A DNA stretch of 32,000 nucleotides, taken from contig NC_007614.1 of NCBI RefSeq assembly GCF_000196355.1, positions 1,710,001-1,742,000 of the forward strand, written 5' to 3'. The position numbers and the translations under genes are program-made. The DNA is from Nitrosospira multiformis ATCC 25196. Its GTDB lineage: Bacteria; Pseudomonadota; Gammaproteobacteria; Burkholderiales; Nitrosomonadaceae. Positions 1 to 9,531 of the stretch are shown here, one piece after another. Under the pieces are notes generated by a model. The model was not told where the DNA came from. It worked only from the letters and a program-made list of their open reading frames with translations, and did no database searches. Positions within the stretch are counted from its first letter, which is position 1. Every line of letters starts with the position of its first letter.

Positions 1-1
1 T

Positions 2-472
2 AATACTTTTTCCGGCGAGCGAATCGGCGCCATTGGTGTCTCGCTTGGTGCAGCCGCGATTGTACTCGCGAAAAATCCACCGCGGCTCGATGCCGTGGTG
101 CTTGAATCCCTCCATCCCACCATCGATGAAGCAGTGGACAACCGCCTCAGACTTCACCTTGGAAGCTTCGGTCCGGTTTTCTCCCCCTTGCTGCTATGGC
201 AGCTCTCCTTTCGTCTCGATGTAAATCCCGACGAATTGAATCCCATCGACCGCATCGGTAATCTCAACTCGCCCCTTCTGTTGATTTCAGGAACTGACGA
301 TCGGCATACGACAGTAGCAGAAACCGAAAGGCTGTTTGCTGCTGCCCGTCAGCCAAAAGAATTATGGATCGTTCCGGGTGGAGGGCATTTCAATATGCAC
401 ACCTACGCAGGCAGGGAATACGAGAATCGCATACTGGATTTTCTGGAACGGTATTTGCCCAGGCGAAACTGA
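2..472 (+). CDS. alpha/beta hydrolase, 5' end cut by the window edge
   Basis: Frame 2 is open from base 2, upstream of the track's Met at 95. A GVSLG nucleophile-elbow (G-x-S-x-G) is encoded at 35..49. The C-terminal LLISGTDDRHT...VPGGGHF fits the acid/His part of a dienelactone-hydrolase/S9-like triad. Confidence 0.8.
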   Translation, partial: NTFSGERIGAIGVSLGAAAIVLAKNPPRLDAVVLESLHPTIDEAVDNRLRLHLGSFGPVFSPLLLWQLSFRLDVNPDELNPIDRIGNLNSPLLLISGTDDRHTTVAETERLFAAARQPKELWIVPGGGHFNMHTYAGREYENRILDFLERYLPRRN

Positions 473-597
473 TGCACTGATCTGACTGTTAATTGTGCGA
501 TCGCCTCTTGTCGCCCGTAGCAGATGACTTTAGCGATAAAGCGATAAGGAAAAGTCCCCATTGCCCGCAAAGAAACTTGCGGCGCCGGCAGCAGTTT

Positions 598-1638
598 TTA
601 GAATGGAGTCAGGAAAGACACGCCGCTCGCCCCCACAGCGGAGCCATTTTGAAGTCGATGTGCAAAAAGATTCCCTCGCGCTTCCCTGTCGTCACCCATT
701 ACGCGCGCAACCCTGCTCTTATGGAAGCTCGCGAGTTGTTTCCGGAACGGGATAACAAACGGCAGCCGGCTCTCGTACTGCGCCCCATACAGCGCTCCAT
801 GCAGCTTCGGCAACTCGTGCCAGGGCGCGGTGGGCCGGCTGTGATGGGCGTTATGATAGCCAAAATTCAGAGTAATGAGATTCAACCATGGATGTCTGGT
901 CGAAACCGGATTGCTGAATGTGTGGGCCTGCTCATAATCCCGGTCACCCCGGGATCTTACCAATTCCGCATCATTATCGAACCCTATAATGATGTCATAA
1001 TTATGCTGAAGCGCATCCATGAAACGCAGGATTGTCAGAAACATGATATGGGCGATCAGGTAACACAGATAGGCAAGTGGAGAATGCACGAATAGCATCA
1101 CAAGCAAGCTGAATCGGACAAGAATGATTCGGGCTGTGCGAAGCCGTTGATCTTTCTTCTCCCTGAAGATGAAGGGTGCAAAAATGAGCACGCCGTGCAT
1201 CAGAAGCTCTATAGCGGGCACATAAAGCCACTCCAGCGCTTCCATCAATTTACGTTGGATGGGATGGCGGACAAGATAACCTCTATAGTCGAACTCAACC
1301 ACATCTGCATTATCGACATGATGCCGCATATGCTTTTCCCGCAAATCCTTGAAAGTGCCATAGCACCCTCCGGTCAACCAGTTCAGCATGCTACCCAGCA
1401 GCGCATTATGCCGCGATGATTTGAACAGCGTATTGTGTCCACACTCGTGAATCAGGTACGAGGCAATTACCATACCGTGGGCCAAAGCAAATGTGCCGAT
1501 TACCATAAGAACCGGGTGCAGGGACAGGATAAGTCCGAGTCCTCCCAGATAGCTCAAATGACAATAAAGCAAGGCAGAAACGTTCGGAAGCAAGCTCCCT
1601 TTACAGCGAAAGTACGTTTCTTCGATTTTCGTGAGCAT
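598..1638 (-). CDS. membrane fatty acid desaturase (three His-box di-iron family)
   Basis: 346-aa ORF with the three canonical histidine boxes HECGH, HMRHH and HNAHH. Hydrophobic segments lie between them. There is no fused cytochrome b5 domain. Confidence 0.9.
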   Translation of the reverse strand: MLTKIEETYFRCKGSLLPNVSALLYCHLSYLGGLGLILSLHPVLMVIGTFALAHGMVIASYLIHECGHNTLFKSSRHNALLGSMLNWLTGGCYGTFKDLREKHMRHHVDNADVVEFDYRGYLVRHPIQRKLMEALEWLYVPAIELLMHGVLIFAPFIFREKKDQRLRTARIILVRFSLLVMLFVHSPLAYLCYLIAHIMFLTILRFMDALQHNYDIIIGFDNDAELVRSRGDRDYEQAHTFSNPVSTRHPWLNLITLNFGYHNAHHSRPTAPWHELPKLHGALYGAQYESRLPFVIPFRKQLASFHKSRVARVMGDDREARGNLFAHRLQNGSAVGASGVSFLTPF

Positions 1639-1729
1639 GGTTTATAACTCTCAACAGTTATGCCTTCGCGTCTCCGCCGGCCGAAAACAAGCCGCCCATA
1701 GAGAACATGTCGAATCTAATACGTCAATT

Positions 1730-1750
1730 ATACATGTAAAAATACATGTA
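1730..1750. promoter_or_regulatory. candidate operator: two copies of ATACATGTA (core palindrome TACATGTA) spaced 12 bp start-to-start
   Basis: TACATGTA occurs at 1731..1738 and 1743..1750, separated by AAAA. The repeats lie between a minus-strand TATAAT (1727..1732, facing the desaturase) and a plus-strand TATAAT (1771..1776, 45 nt before the regulator ATG). Confidence 0.4.
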
Positions 1751-1820
1751 TATGTGTACTATTTTGCCGCTATAATCAAGCCCATGGTTCTAAAGCAAAG
1801 GAAAGAAAGAGAAAGTAAAA

Positions 1821-2219
1821 ATGACCGGACTTTATAAGCAGTCAAACGCCCGGCGACGCCAGTTCGTTCAGCTGCTGACGGATCTCGACGAGTACTGGAT
1901 AGAGGTTCTGGGGAACAAGCTTTTTCACGACTTGAACTACTACGACCTTTTCACCCAGATGTGGCTCAAGATTAACAGTTCGGAGGACGATACCTTCCGC
2001 AAATCCGAGTTATATAAGCTGATGCCGCACATCAGCCAGCGGACAGCAATCAAATATATCCAGACAGCCATTGATCACGGTTTGCTCATCGAACGCATGG
2101 CCCCCCACGATCAGCGATCCCGGCAAATCACGATGTCAACCGATCTCAAGCGAAAAATCGAACTTTTCCTGGACCACTCCATCTCGATGCTTCAGGAGGC
2201 CTCCTGGAAGGCTGGTTGA
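1821..2219 (+). CDS. small winged-helix (MarR-like) putative transcriptional regulator
   Basis: 132-aa ORF divergent from the desaturase, preceded by a purine-rich GAAAGAGAAAG. The segment ELYKLMPHISQRTAIKYIQTAIDHGLLIERMAPHDQRSRQITMS looks like HTH plus wing. The family was assigned by eye only. Confidence 0.6.
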   Translation: MTGLYKQSNARRRQFVQLLTDLDEYWIEVLGNKLFHDLNYYDLFTQMWLKINSSEDDTFRKSELYKLMPHISQRTAIKYIQTAIDHGLLIERMAPHDQRSRQITMSTDLKRKIELFLDHSISMLQEASWKAG

Positions 2220-2232
2220 ACTCACCGTAAAA

Positions 2233-3507
2233 TCAGGTGATTGCATCAAGCGCCTGGGCGATATCGCCGATGATGTCGTCAATATGCTCAATTCCGACCG
2301 ATATCCTCACGAGACCCGGTGAAACTCCCGCAGACTTTAATTCATCAGGGCTCAACTGTCTGTGAGTGGTTGATGCAGGATGACAGGCTAGCGATTTGGC
2401 ATCGCCGATATTGACCAGCCGCAGGATCATCTTCAGGGCATCGATAAACTCGCTGCCGGCCACCGCTCCACCCTTGATCTCAAAGCTCAACAGGCCGGAT
2501 GCTTTCCCTTTGCTGATCCTGTTGCACAGTTCATGATATTTACTGCTGGGCAAACCCGCGTAATTGACGCGCTCGACGACGGGATGCGCTTCCAGATACT
2601 GCGCCACCTTCAATGCATTCTCGCAGTGCCGCTCCATTCTCAAGCCCAGCGTTTCCAATCCCTGCAGTATCAAAAATGCGCTGTGGGGCGCGAGCGCTGC
2701 CCCCGTGTTGCGCAATGGCACAACCCGGCAGCGTCCGATAAAGGCCGCGGCTTCAAATGCTTCTGTATAAACAACGTCATGATATGAAGGATCAGGCTCG
2801 TTCAACAAGGGAAAGCGGTCCTTATGCTTTGCCCAGTCGAATTGTCCGGAATCGATAATCATTCCTCCGACTGTTGTACCATGTCCACCGATATATTTCG
2901 TCAGGGAATGCACGACAATATCCGCACCGAGCTTGAAAGGTTGACATAGATAGGGGGTGGAAACCGTACTGTCGACGATGAGGGGCACCCCGTGCCGATG
3001 AGCGATGTCAGCGATCTTCTCGATATCGATAACATTTCCCGAGGGATTTCCAATCGATTCACAAAATATTGCACGGGTCTTGGCATCTATACGTTGCTCA
3101 ATCCCATCGAAATCCTCATGTGAGGCCATGCGCACCTCGATCCCCTGTCTGGGGAAAGTATGCGCAAACAGATTGTACGTGCCGCCATACAGTTGGCTGG
3201 TGCTCACAATGTTGTCGCCGGCATTGGCGATGCACTGGATGGCGTAAGTGATTGCCGCCATACCTGAAGCAACTGCCAGCCCACCCACTCCGCCCTCCAT
3301 CTCTGCCAGACGCTGCTCCAGCACTGCATTGGTTGGATTCATTATCCGGGTATAAATATTTCCCGCCACCTTCAGGTCAAACAGGTCGGCCCCATGCTGC
3401 GTATTGTCAAATGTATAGGAAGTCGTCTGATAAATCGGTACTGCCGCGGCCTTCGTCGAAGCTTCTGATTTATATCCGTAATGCAATGCCAGAGATTCCA
3501 GTTTCAT
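2233..3507 (-). CDS. metY: O-acetylhomoserine sulfhydrylase (PLP-dependent)
   Basis: MKLESLALHYGY...PIYQTTSYTFDNTQHGADLFDLKVAGNIYTRIMNPT is the typical MetY N-terminus, and SLTKYIGGHG carries the PLP lysine. I prefer the ATG at 3507 (GGAAGA about 7 nt upstream) to the track start at 3522. Confidence 0.92.
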   Translation of the reverse strand: MKLESLALHYGYKSEASTKAAAVPIYQTTSYTFDNTQHGADLFDLKVAGNIYTRIMNPTNAVLEQRLAEMEGGVGGLAVASGMAAITYAIQCIANAGDNIVSTSQLYGGTYNLFAHTFPRQGIEVRMASHEDFDGIEQRIDAKTRAIFCESIGNPSGNVIDIEKIADIAHRHGVPLIVDSTVSTPYLCQPFKLGADIVVHSLTKYIGGHGTTVGGMIIDSGQFDWAKHKDRFPLLNEPDPSYHDVVYTEAFEAAAFIGRCRVVPLRNTGAALAPHSAFLILQGLETLGLRMERHCENALKVAQYLEAHPVVERVNYAGLPSSKYHELCNRISKGKASGLLSFEIKGGAVAGSEFIDALKMILRLVNIGDAKSLACHPASTTHRQLSPDELKSAGVSPGLVRISVGIEHIDDIIGDIAQALDAIT

Positions 3508-3590
3508 GCCATTTTCTTCCATAAAGATTTATCCCGACTACAATAAATATCTTCAAGCTTCCCATGACCTCGATGATCTCATAAAACGCC

Positions 3591-4016
3591 ATGATCAGCA
3601 GCAGCATGAAGCTGCACAGGCAGCCATGGCTCGAAAACCGCCTGCAAACCCGAATATCCGAGCTCGCTGACTTTTTCCGGGATACGCTGGGGGCAGTGAT
3701 CAAGGGATTTAAACTGACAAAGCTGTTCACTGCCGGCACGACTGCACTCGCTGCCCTGCCGGGGGCGGGAATTTACTTTGGGTTGGGCATTGGCATGCCC
3801 TGGCTTGCCGCAGCCGTCGCCGCAGGGCTTCTCGCCGCATTGTTGGCCAGTCAATTACCCGTGCAATTACTCGTGCCGTTGCCGAGTCACCGATACAAAA
3901 AATCAGACTGCCGCATAAACCGCCAAAATGCTCTACAGAGTTCACAAGATCATCACCCAGTCGATCAGGTGGAATATTCCAACCCCACTGGTTTCGGGCA
4001 GCGCTGTGTGCCGTAG
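3591..4016 (+). CDS. hypothetical small membrane protein (doubtful)
   Basis: 141-aa ORF with a Gly/Ala/Leu-rich hydrophobic core (GAGIYFGLGIGMPWLAAAVAAGLLAALLAS) and plausible codon usage. It has no visible Shine-Dalgarno and no family I recognise. Several antisense ORFs overlap it. Confidence 0.3.
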   Translation: MISSSMKLHRQPWLENRLQTRISELADFFRDTLGAVIKGFKLTKLFTAGTTALAALPGAGIYFGLGIGMPWLAAAVAAGLLAALLASQLPVQLLVPLPSHRYKKSDCRINRQNALQSSQDHHPVDQVEYSNPTGFGQRCVP

Positions 4017-4198
4017 CGTACAGAAAAAGCCCTGGGAATCATTGATGCTAACGACCAATCTTCCGCAATCTTGTCGTTCCGGGGAGGGGGAACTTCTTAA
4101 AAGCCGCTGCCCATGCTCGAGGAATTCGGCACGGACCGGGTGATTCTTTGAACCGGCACTCCCGTAGCTTGAGAAAACTAAACAAAAAGGAATACGTG

Positions 4199-5698
4199 AT
4201 GAACACAACTTCTGTCTGGCGCGCCACAGGGCCTTCCGCCGGCTTCCCGATGTTGCAGGAAGAACTTACTACGGATGTCGTGATTGTGGGAGGCGGAATA
4301 ACCGGCGTATCCCTGGCCTTGAACTTGGCTGAGCAAGGCATCGGAGCGGTATTGCTGGAAGCACATGATTGTGATTTCGGCAGTACAGGAAATTCCACTG
4401 GCAACCTTTATGAAACTCTGAGCCGTGGTATTTATCCTATCGTCGAGCGATGGGACAAGGATGTTGCTCGTGCTGTCACCACTGCCCGACGCCAGGCAGT
4501 AGAGCAGATCGAGGAGCGGGTGCGAAAATACAATATTACCTGTGGGTTCCGGCGTTGCCCATTACACCGCTATGCTACCTCAGCAGGGGGAAAGGAGAGC
4601 GTGCAACAGGAATACGAAGGTTCGCTAATCGCGGGATTATCAGTGCGCCTGGAAGACAAGCTTCCGCATCCTTTTCCTGCTCCACATGGACGGGTGTTGA
4701 TTTTGGATAATCAGGCTCAGTTCCATCCGCAGGCTTATGTTCGCGAACTTGCGCAGCAGGCAGCAAAACAGGGGTGCCGCATCTTCGAAAATTCCATGGT
4801 CCTGGAAGTGGATGCGGATGAGCGTGTCGTACGTACCGCCAACGGTAAAGTAACTGCCAGGGAAATCGTGCTTGCGACTCACTCCCCCAAGGGTATTCAC
4901 CTGGTGCAGACCGAAATGGTGGTGAACCGGGAATACGGACTCGCCAGGCGCATCAGCAGGGATACATATCCCGCGGGAATCTTCTGGAGCAGCGGCCTGG
5001 AGAGGCTTTCGGTTCGGACTCTGGATGTCGAGGATGCGACATATCTCATCTGTGTCGGCGAAGAGCATAAAACCGGACAGCAGGATACCAGGACGAGCAT
5101 CGATCGGCTGGAAACGGCAGCAAGCGAATATCTTGGCATGAAGGAAATTGATTACCGCTGGTCAGCCCAGAATTATAGCGCTGCAGATGGTCTGCCATAC
5201 ATTGGCCGTGATGCAACGGGTTGCTTCGTCGCAACCGGATTTGAAACCGATGGCCTGACCTATGGAACGCTTGCGGCCTCACTCATTGCTGACCAGATTG
5301 CGGGCCGCGACAACGTCTTTGCCCCGCTTGTCAAGGCAAGCCGTTTTGAACCGGTAAAAGGCGTAAAGGGGATAGTCGAGGAAAACATCTCGGTAATGAA
5401 GTCGTTCATCAAGGACTACATCACGGATCGGGAGGCAATACCGTTGTCCCAACTCACACCAGGAAAAGCTGCGATAGTCAAATTCGAGAGCGAATCGCTT
5501 GCTGCTTACAGGGATGCCGAGGGTACATTATTTGCTGTTTCACCTGTATGCACCCATATGAAGTGCAGGGTACATTGGAATGCGGTGGAAAAAAGCTGGG
5601 ATTGCCCCTGCCACGGAAGCCGCTTCGCGCCTGATGGCGCAGTAATCGAGGGACCGGCCATCGAGCCGCTTCGAAGGCACGTTCTGCCGGGACACTGA
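4199..5698 (+). CDS. FAD-dependent oxidoreductase fused to a C-terminal Rieske [2Fe-2S] domain
   Basis: N-terminal dinucleotide fold VVIVGGGITGVSLALNLAEQG. C-terminal Rieske ligand boxes CTHMKCRVH and CPCHGSRF. I prefer the ATG at 4199 (AAAGGAA upstream) to the track's TTG at 4148. Confidence 0.85.
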   Translation: MNTTSVWRATGPSAGFPMLQEELTTDVVIVGGGITGVSLALNLAEQGIGAVLLEAHDCDFGSTGNSTGNLYETLSRGIYPIVERWDKDVARAVTTARRQAVEQIEERVRKYNITCGFRRCPLHRYATSAGGKESVQQEYEGSLIAGLSVRLEDKLPHPFPAPHGRVLILDNQAQFHPQAYVRELAQQAAKQGCRIFENSMVLEVDADERVVRTANGKVTAREIVLATHSPKGIHLVQTEMVVNREYGLARRISRDTYPAGIFWSSGLERLSVRTLDVEDATYLICVGEEHKTGQQDTRTSIDRLETAASEYLGMKEIDYRWSAQNYSAADGLPYIGRDATGCFVATGFETDGLTYGTLAASLIADQIAGRDNVFAPLVKASRFEPVKGVKGIVEENISVMKSFIKDYITDREAIPLSQLTPGKAAIVKFESESLAAYRDAEGTLFAVSPVCTHMKCRVHWNAVEKSWDCPCHGSRFAPDGAVIEGPAIEPLRRHVLPGH

Positions 5699-5879
5699 AC
5701 GAAACTAAGCGAAATCAGAAGAAACAAGCCGATTTCGTCCATCTGGCACGGAAAACTCTCCGCGCGTTCTCTCTGCTGGTCTGGTTTGTTTTTATTCCAG
5801 GTTGTCGGGCTGACGGACATCGTCGGTTTTGTCCAGCTTGTTTTAGACTCACCGATATTTACCGCAATTTCTCCAGATA

Positions 5880-6593
5880 TCACAATAGTCCGGCAAGCAA
5901 CCGGGAGTCGATTTTCCCTATCTCCGGTTTTTGTCGGGCACAGCCTGACATGAAATACCTGTGCGTTCTTTCTCCGGATAAAACAACGGCCGGGAAACTC
6001 ATCCATGTGAGCTCTCCACTTTGCTGCATCTCCAGCAGTGCCTGCAAAATCATCTGTTCCAGTACTTTTCCGAAGGCTTGGTCCTGAGGAAAACTCGGTA
6101 CATCTTCCGGTATGCTCATATTGCCGATCGCGGTATGGACGGCCTGTTTTATTCCTGTCCGGCTGATCGTCCCCTCCTTGGTCGTGATGAACATGGATAA
6201 TTCATATGCATCAGTAATGGTCCTGCCAATCACCCACAGCGGGTACCTGGTGCGCGCGGCCTCCGATGCCACCGTCCCGCTATCAGCGATGTTGTTCAAG
6301 ATTACTCTGACCTCCCCCTCCGCCCGATCAATCACCGGCACCACTACCCGCGTATCCCCGAGTATTGCATTTGCATAATCCTTCAGGGGAATATCGCCTT
6401 CGGGAAAGTGTTCGCCATTGCGCTGAAATTCGACGCTGAGCTTCAACCGAAGCGGCACATTTCGCTCCGCGATGTCCCTATAAGCAACTCTGGGAAAAGA
6501 CGCACCCAGAAAAGACTTTTTTGGCGAATTACAGCCAGCCAGTGCAAAAGAGGCAATAACAGAGCCAAGTACTATTCTACGGCTGATATTCAT
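5880..6593 (-). CDS. hypothetical lipoprotein
   Basis: N-terminus MNISRRIVLGSVIASFALAGCNSP is a signal peptide plus lipobox (LAGC). I recognise no family. Confidence 0.6.
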   Translation of the reverse strand: MNISRRIVLGSVIASFALAGCNSPKKSFLGASFPRVAYRDIAERNVPLRLKLSVEFQRNGEHFPEGDIPLKDYANAILGDTRVVVPVIDRAEGEVRVILNNIADSGTVASEAARTRYPLWVIGRTITDAYELSMFITTKEGTISRTGIKQAVHTAIGNMSIPEDVPSFPQDQAFGKVLEQMILQALLEMQQSGELTWMSFPAVVLSGERTHRYFMSGCARQKPEIGKIDSRLLAGLL

Positions 6594-6740
6594 AGAAAAC
6601 TCCAGAAGGGGGCTGCGTTTGGCTCCTCGCCAGACAACGGGACCAATAGTAAGAATAGCAAGCAGGGAGAATAATGCGTTATCCTTTATGCTGCAACCCG
6701 CCCCACCTCAGGTTTCCTACACATCAATCGTCGCGAATAA

Positions 6741-7823
6741 GTGAATACCGAAGCAACGCCCCATTGTGCAGCACTCGGGTTCGACAAAGACCGAATCCGG
6801 CAGGCACTTTCCTTGCTGGGACTGGCTGCGGATCACAAAGAAGAAGCGGCGGCAATCAACCTGCTCACCGAATTCATCGCTGAAAGAGTCGATAAAATAA
6901 TCAATTCCTGCCTTGCCGTAATTGCGGGCAGCGATGACTTTGAATTGATCGAGAGGAACATCGGTACCGAAGCCTTCAGGCAGAAATGGAAATATCGCTT
7001 GCGATCCTTTGGTAAAAATTTTGCTACTCCAGGTTATTTTGAAGAGCGGCTGGCGCTGGCTGCTGCTTTCGCGCATGCAAATATCCCTTTGGGAGCCTTG
7101 CAGCTTCCTTCTTTTCTCATACAGCAGTCCTTGATAGACAATCTGTTGGACAAGTCCGATTTTAATGCCGATAAAACCAGAATACTCCTATGCACTATCC
7201 TGAAACTCACTGCACTTGACTTGTACATTGCCGCCGAAGGTTATCACCTTCCGGAACTCAATGAGCTGGAAGAAAAGCTGGACAAGCTGCGGGCGGAAGC
7301 ATCGCGCTTGCAGGAAAGAACCTGGACCGACGAGCTGACAGGTGTAATGAACTACAGAAAGCTCATGGAGTCTCTCGAACACCATGTCCAACGAGCGGAG
7401 CGTAGAGGCCAAGAACGCAGCTCTTTGTGCCTCATCATGTCGGATCTCGATTTCTTCAAGAAAATCAACGACACCTACGGCCATATGGTCGGCGATCTGG
7501 TGCTACAGCATTTGGCGAGGCGTATAAAATCCGCAACACGCGACTTCGACATGATCGGCCGGTTCGGCGGGGAGGAGTTCGTCGTTATTATGGCGGACAC
7601 CGATCTCGAATTGGCAAAGGTAATTGCCGAGCGCATACGCCTGGGAGTCATGAGCACGCCATTTCATATAAAAAAATTTAACATCCACGTTACCATCAGC
7701 TTGGGCGTAGCAATGCTTAAACCTGGGGAATCCAGAGAATCACTGCTTGAGCGGGCAGATGCGGCAATGTATGAGGCGAAAAGAAGAGGCCGGAATTGCG
7801 TGGTGACTACCAAGGAAATGTAG
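6741..7823 (+). CDS. globin-coupled-sensor-type diguanylate cyclase (GGDEF)
   Basis: The C-terminal GGDEF domain has active site GGEEF and an RxxD I-site (RDFD) five residues upstream. The N-terminal roughly 170 aa resemble a sensor globin/protoglobin, with candidate proximal His in LAAAFAHANIPLGAL. GTG start directly after an in-frame TAA. Confidence 0.8.
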   Translation: MNTEATPHCAALGFDKDRIRQALSLLGLAADHKEEAAAINLLTEFIAERVDKIINSCLAVIAGSDDFELIERNIGTEAFRQKWKYRLRSFGKNFATPGYFEERLALAAAFAHANIPLGALQLPSFLIQQSLIDNLLDKSDFNADKTRILLCTILKLTALDLYIAAEGYHLPELNELEEKLDKLRAEASRLQERTWTDELTGVMNYRKLMESLEHHVQRAERRGQERSSLCLIMSDLDFFKKINDTYGHMVGDLVLQHLARRIKSATRDFDMIGRFGGEEFVVIMADTDLELAKVIAERIRLGVMSTPFHIKKFNIHVTISLGVAMLKPGESRESLLERADAAMYEAKRRGRNCVVTTKEM

Positions 7824-7964
7824 GGGTCCAACAATCATCCGTTCATATTACTGTCCGAACAACACGCGCCCCTCTGATACCCAGGCAATAGCACAGCGAG
7901 AAGTGAGGGACGATGGGGCTACAAGCGTGGCAAAACAAGATCGCTTCGCTGATTTCCGGCACCT

Positions 7965-7985
7965 CCGGTCGGAACCGACTGGTTT
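7965..7985 (+). terminator. weak candidate intrinsic terminator after the GGDEF gene
   Basis: CCGGTCGG-aa-CCGACTGG inverted repeat with one G-T wobble, followed by TTTGGGCTTTG. The loop is very short and the U-tract is poor. Confidence 0.3.
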
Positions 7986-7993
7986 GGGCTTTG

Positions 7994-9505
7994 CTAGGGA
8001 ACAGGTGAGTCCGGATTGAAAAAAATTTCCTCCATCCCCGTCAATTCACCTTCTTCCTCTGCATTCCACCACCCGCCTCCCAAGGCGACAAATAGTCCCG
8101 AAGTATCCTGGAAGCGCTGGCCCAAAGTCCCGATGTAGCCGAGCTTGGCCTGGAGATATTGACTGTTCGTGATCAGTACTTGCAGGTCATTGACGAGGCC
8201 CGCCTGATGATTGATCCGGACGAGGCGCAATGCTTCGCTGGCTGAATCGAGGTGCTGCAGTTGACTCTGAAGCGTTTCCGCATCGTGCTCGAGTGCAAGA
8301 AGCAGGTCCGCTATCTGGCCGAGGGCGTTCAGAGCGGTCTGGCGATAATTGGCAAGCGCCTGGTCGTACGCGTCAATGGCGGCCTTTCGCTGCTGCCATA
8401 ACGTGCCGCCATGGAATATCGGGGCGACAAAGGCGGCTCCTGCACTCCAGAAGTTTCCACTGCTCATGAAAACATCCGCGAGGTTCCGGGCGTTTTGTCC
8501 ATAGGTGCCGCTCAACGTGAAGCTTGGAAGCATATTGGCGGTCGCGACGCCTATGTTCGCCGTAAATTGATGAACCTGGGCTTCGGCAGCGAGAATGTCA
8601 GGGCGCTGGCGCACGAGCGTGGAAGGCAGTGTAACAGGCAGATCTTTGGGCAATGAAAGATCGGCGAGGCTGATCTGGGCCGTCAGCCCCTCCCCTGGCG
8701 CGTAATTCATCAGCGTGTCGAGCAAATGCTCCGCCTGGCCGCGCCCCTGCTCCAGCGCCGGAAGTGTGGCTTCAAGAGATGCGAGCTGCGTTTGCAGGGT
8801 GACTCCACTGATGTATGGAACTGTTCCAGCCCGGATTTGCGCGTGGGTGATCTCGATTTGCTCCCGCTGCAGCGCGATAAGCTCTTTTGTTGCCTCGATC
8901 TGCGCGTCGTATGCCGCCCTGGCAATCACAGTATTGACAATATTGCCGGTTAGCGTGAGGTAAGTGGCCAATACCGTATAGCGCTGAAAATCCCTTTGTG
9001 CCCTGAGACTCTCCACGGCGCGCCGCTGGCCGCCGAATACATCGAGCGCATAGGTAACCGTCGTCGACAATGTGAACAAGTTGAATGTTGCACTGGTACT
9101 GCCCCCAAAGCGCGCTGCCGAGAACCGCTGCCGGACGGCCGAACCCGCAGCGTCCGCCTGGGGGAAAAATACGCCATAACCAGCGAGAAGATTATGCTGG
9201 CTTTGCCGCAATGCCGCCTGCGCTGCCCTGAGACTCTGGTTGTTGTTGATCCCCTCCGTGACGAGCGTATTCAACTTGGGCGATTTGAACAACCGCCACC
9301 AGTCAGCTATGAGGTCAGCTCCTGCATCAAAATATTGAGCCTGATCCTTTACAGGAATTGCTCCTTCCAACGACTCCCCGGGCAAGTAACGCGCTGTCTC
9401 GGGTGGATTCGGCCGTACAAAATCGGGCCCCACCATACAGCCGCCCAGTACCAGCATCAAGCCGGCATAAATTCCGCCTCTTATAGGGCCCAGCGCATTC
9501 ATCAT
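7994..9505 (-). CDS. efflux outer-membrane factor lipoprotein, NodT family
   Basis: Lipobox LVLGGCMVGPDFVRP is the typical NodT N-terminus. The 503-aa protein has the two-repeat TolC-like architecture. It lies 26 nt downstream of the adaptor gene. Confidence 0.9.
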   Translation of the reverse strand: MMNALGPIRGGIYAGLMLVLGGCMVGPDFVRPNPPETARYLPGESLEGAIPVKDQAQYFDAGADLIADWWRLFKSPKLNTLVTEGINNNQSLRAAQAALRQSQHNLLAGYGVFFPQADAAGSAVRQRFSAARFGGSTSATFNLFTLSTTVTYALDVFGGQRRAVESLRAQRDFQRYTVLATYLTLTGNIVNTVIARAAYDAQIEATKELIALQREQIEITHAQIRAGTVPYISGVTLQTQLASLEATLPALEQGRGQAEHLLDTLMNYAPGEGLTAQISLADLSLPKDLPVTLPSTLVRQRPDILAAEAQVHQFTANIGVATANMLPSFTLSGTYGQNARNLADVFMSSGNFWSAGAAFVAPIFHGGTLWQQRKAAIDAYDQALANYRQTALNALGQIADLLLALEHDAETLQSQLQHLDSASEALRLVRINHQAGLVNDLQVLITNSQYLQAKLGYIGTLGQRFQDTSGLFVALGGGWWNAEEEGELTGMEEIFFNPDSPVP

Positions 9506-9531
9506 GTCCGCCTTCGGTTTGATGCTGCTGA

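Noticed and set aside
565-582. CCGCAA-agaaac-TTGCGG hairpin between the convergent hydrolase and desaturase genes, as a possible bidirectional terminator.
   Set aside because: The stem is only 6 bp and neither strand has an adjacent U-tract.
3523-3700. Possible SAM-type riboswitch or leader upstream of metY.
   Set aside because: Reading the minus strand, I found only a bulged hairpin (AAGATATTTAT...ATAAATCTT) just before the Shine-Dalgarno. I could not place any conserved riboswitch core. A cmsearch against Rfam SAM classes would be needed to decide.
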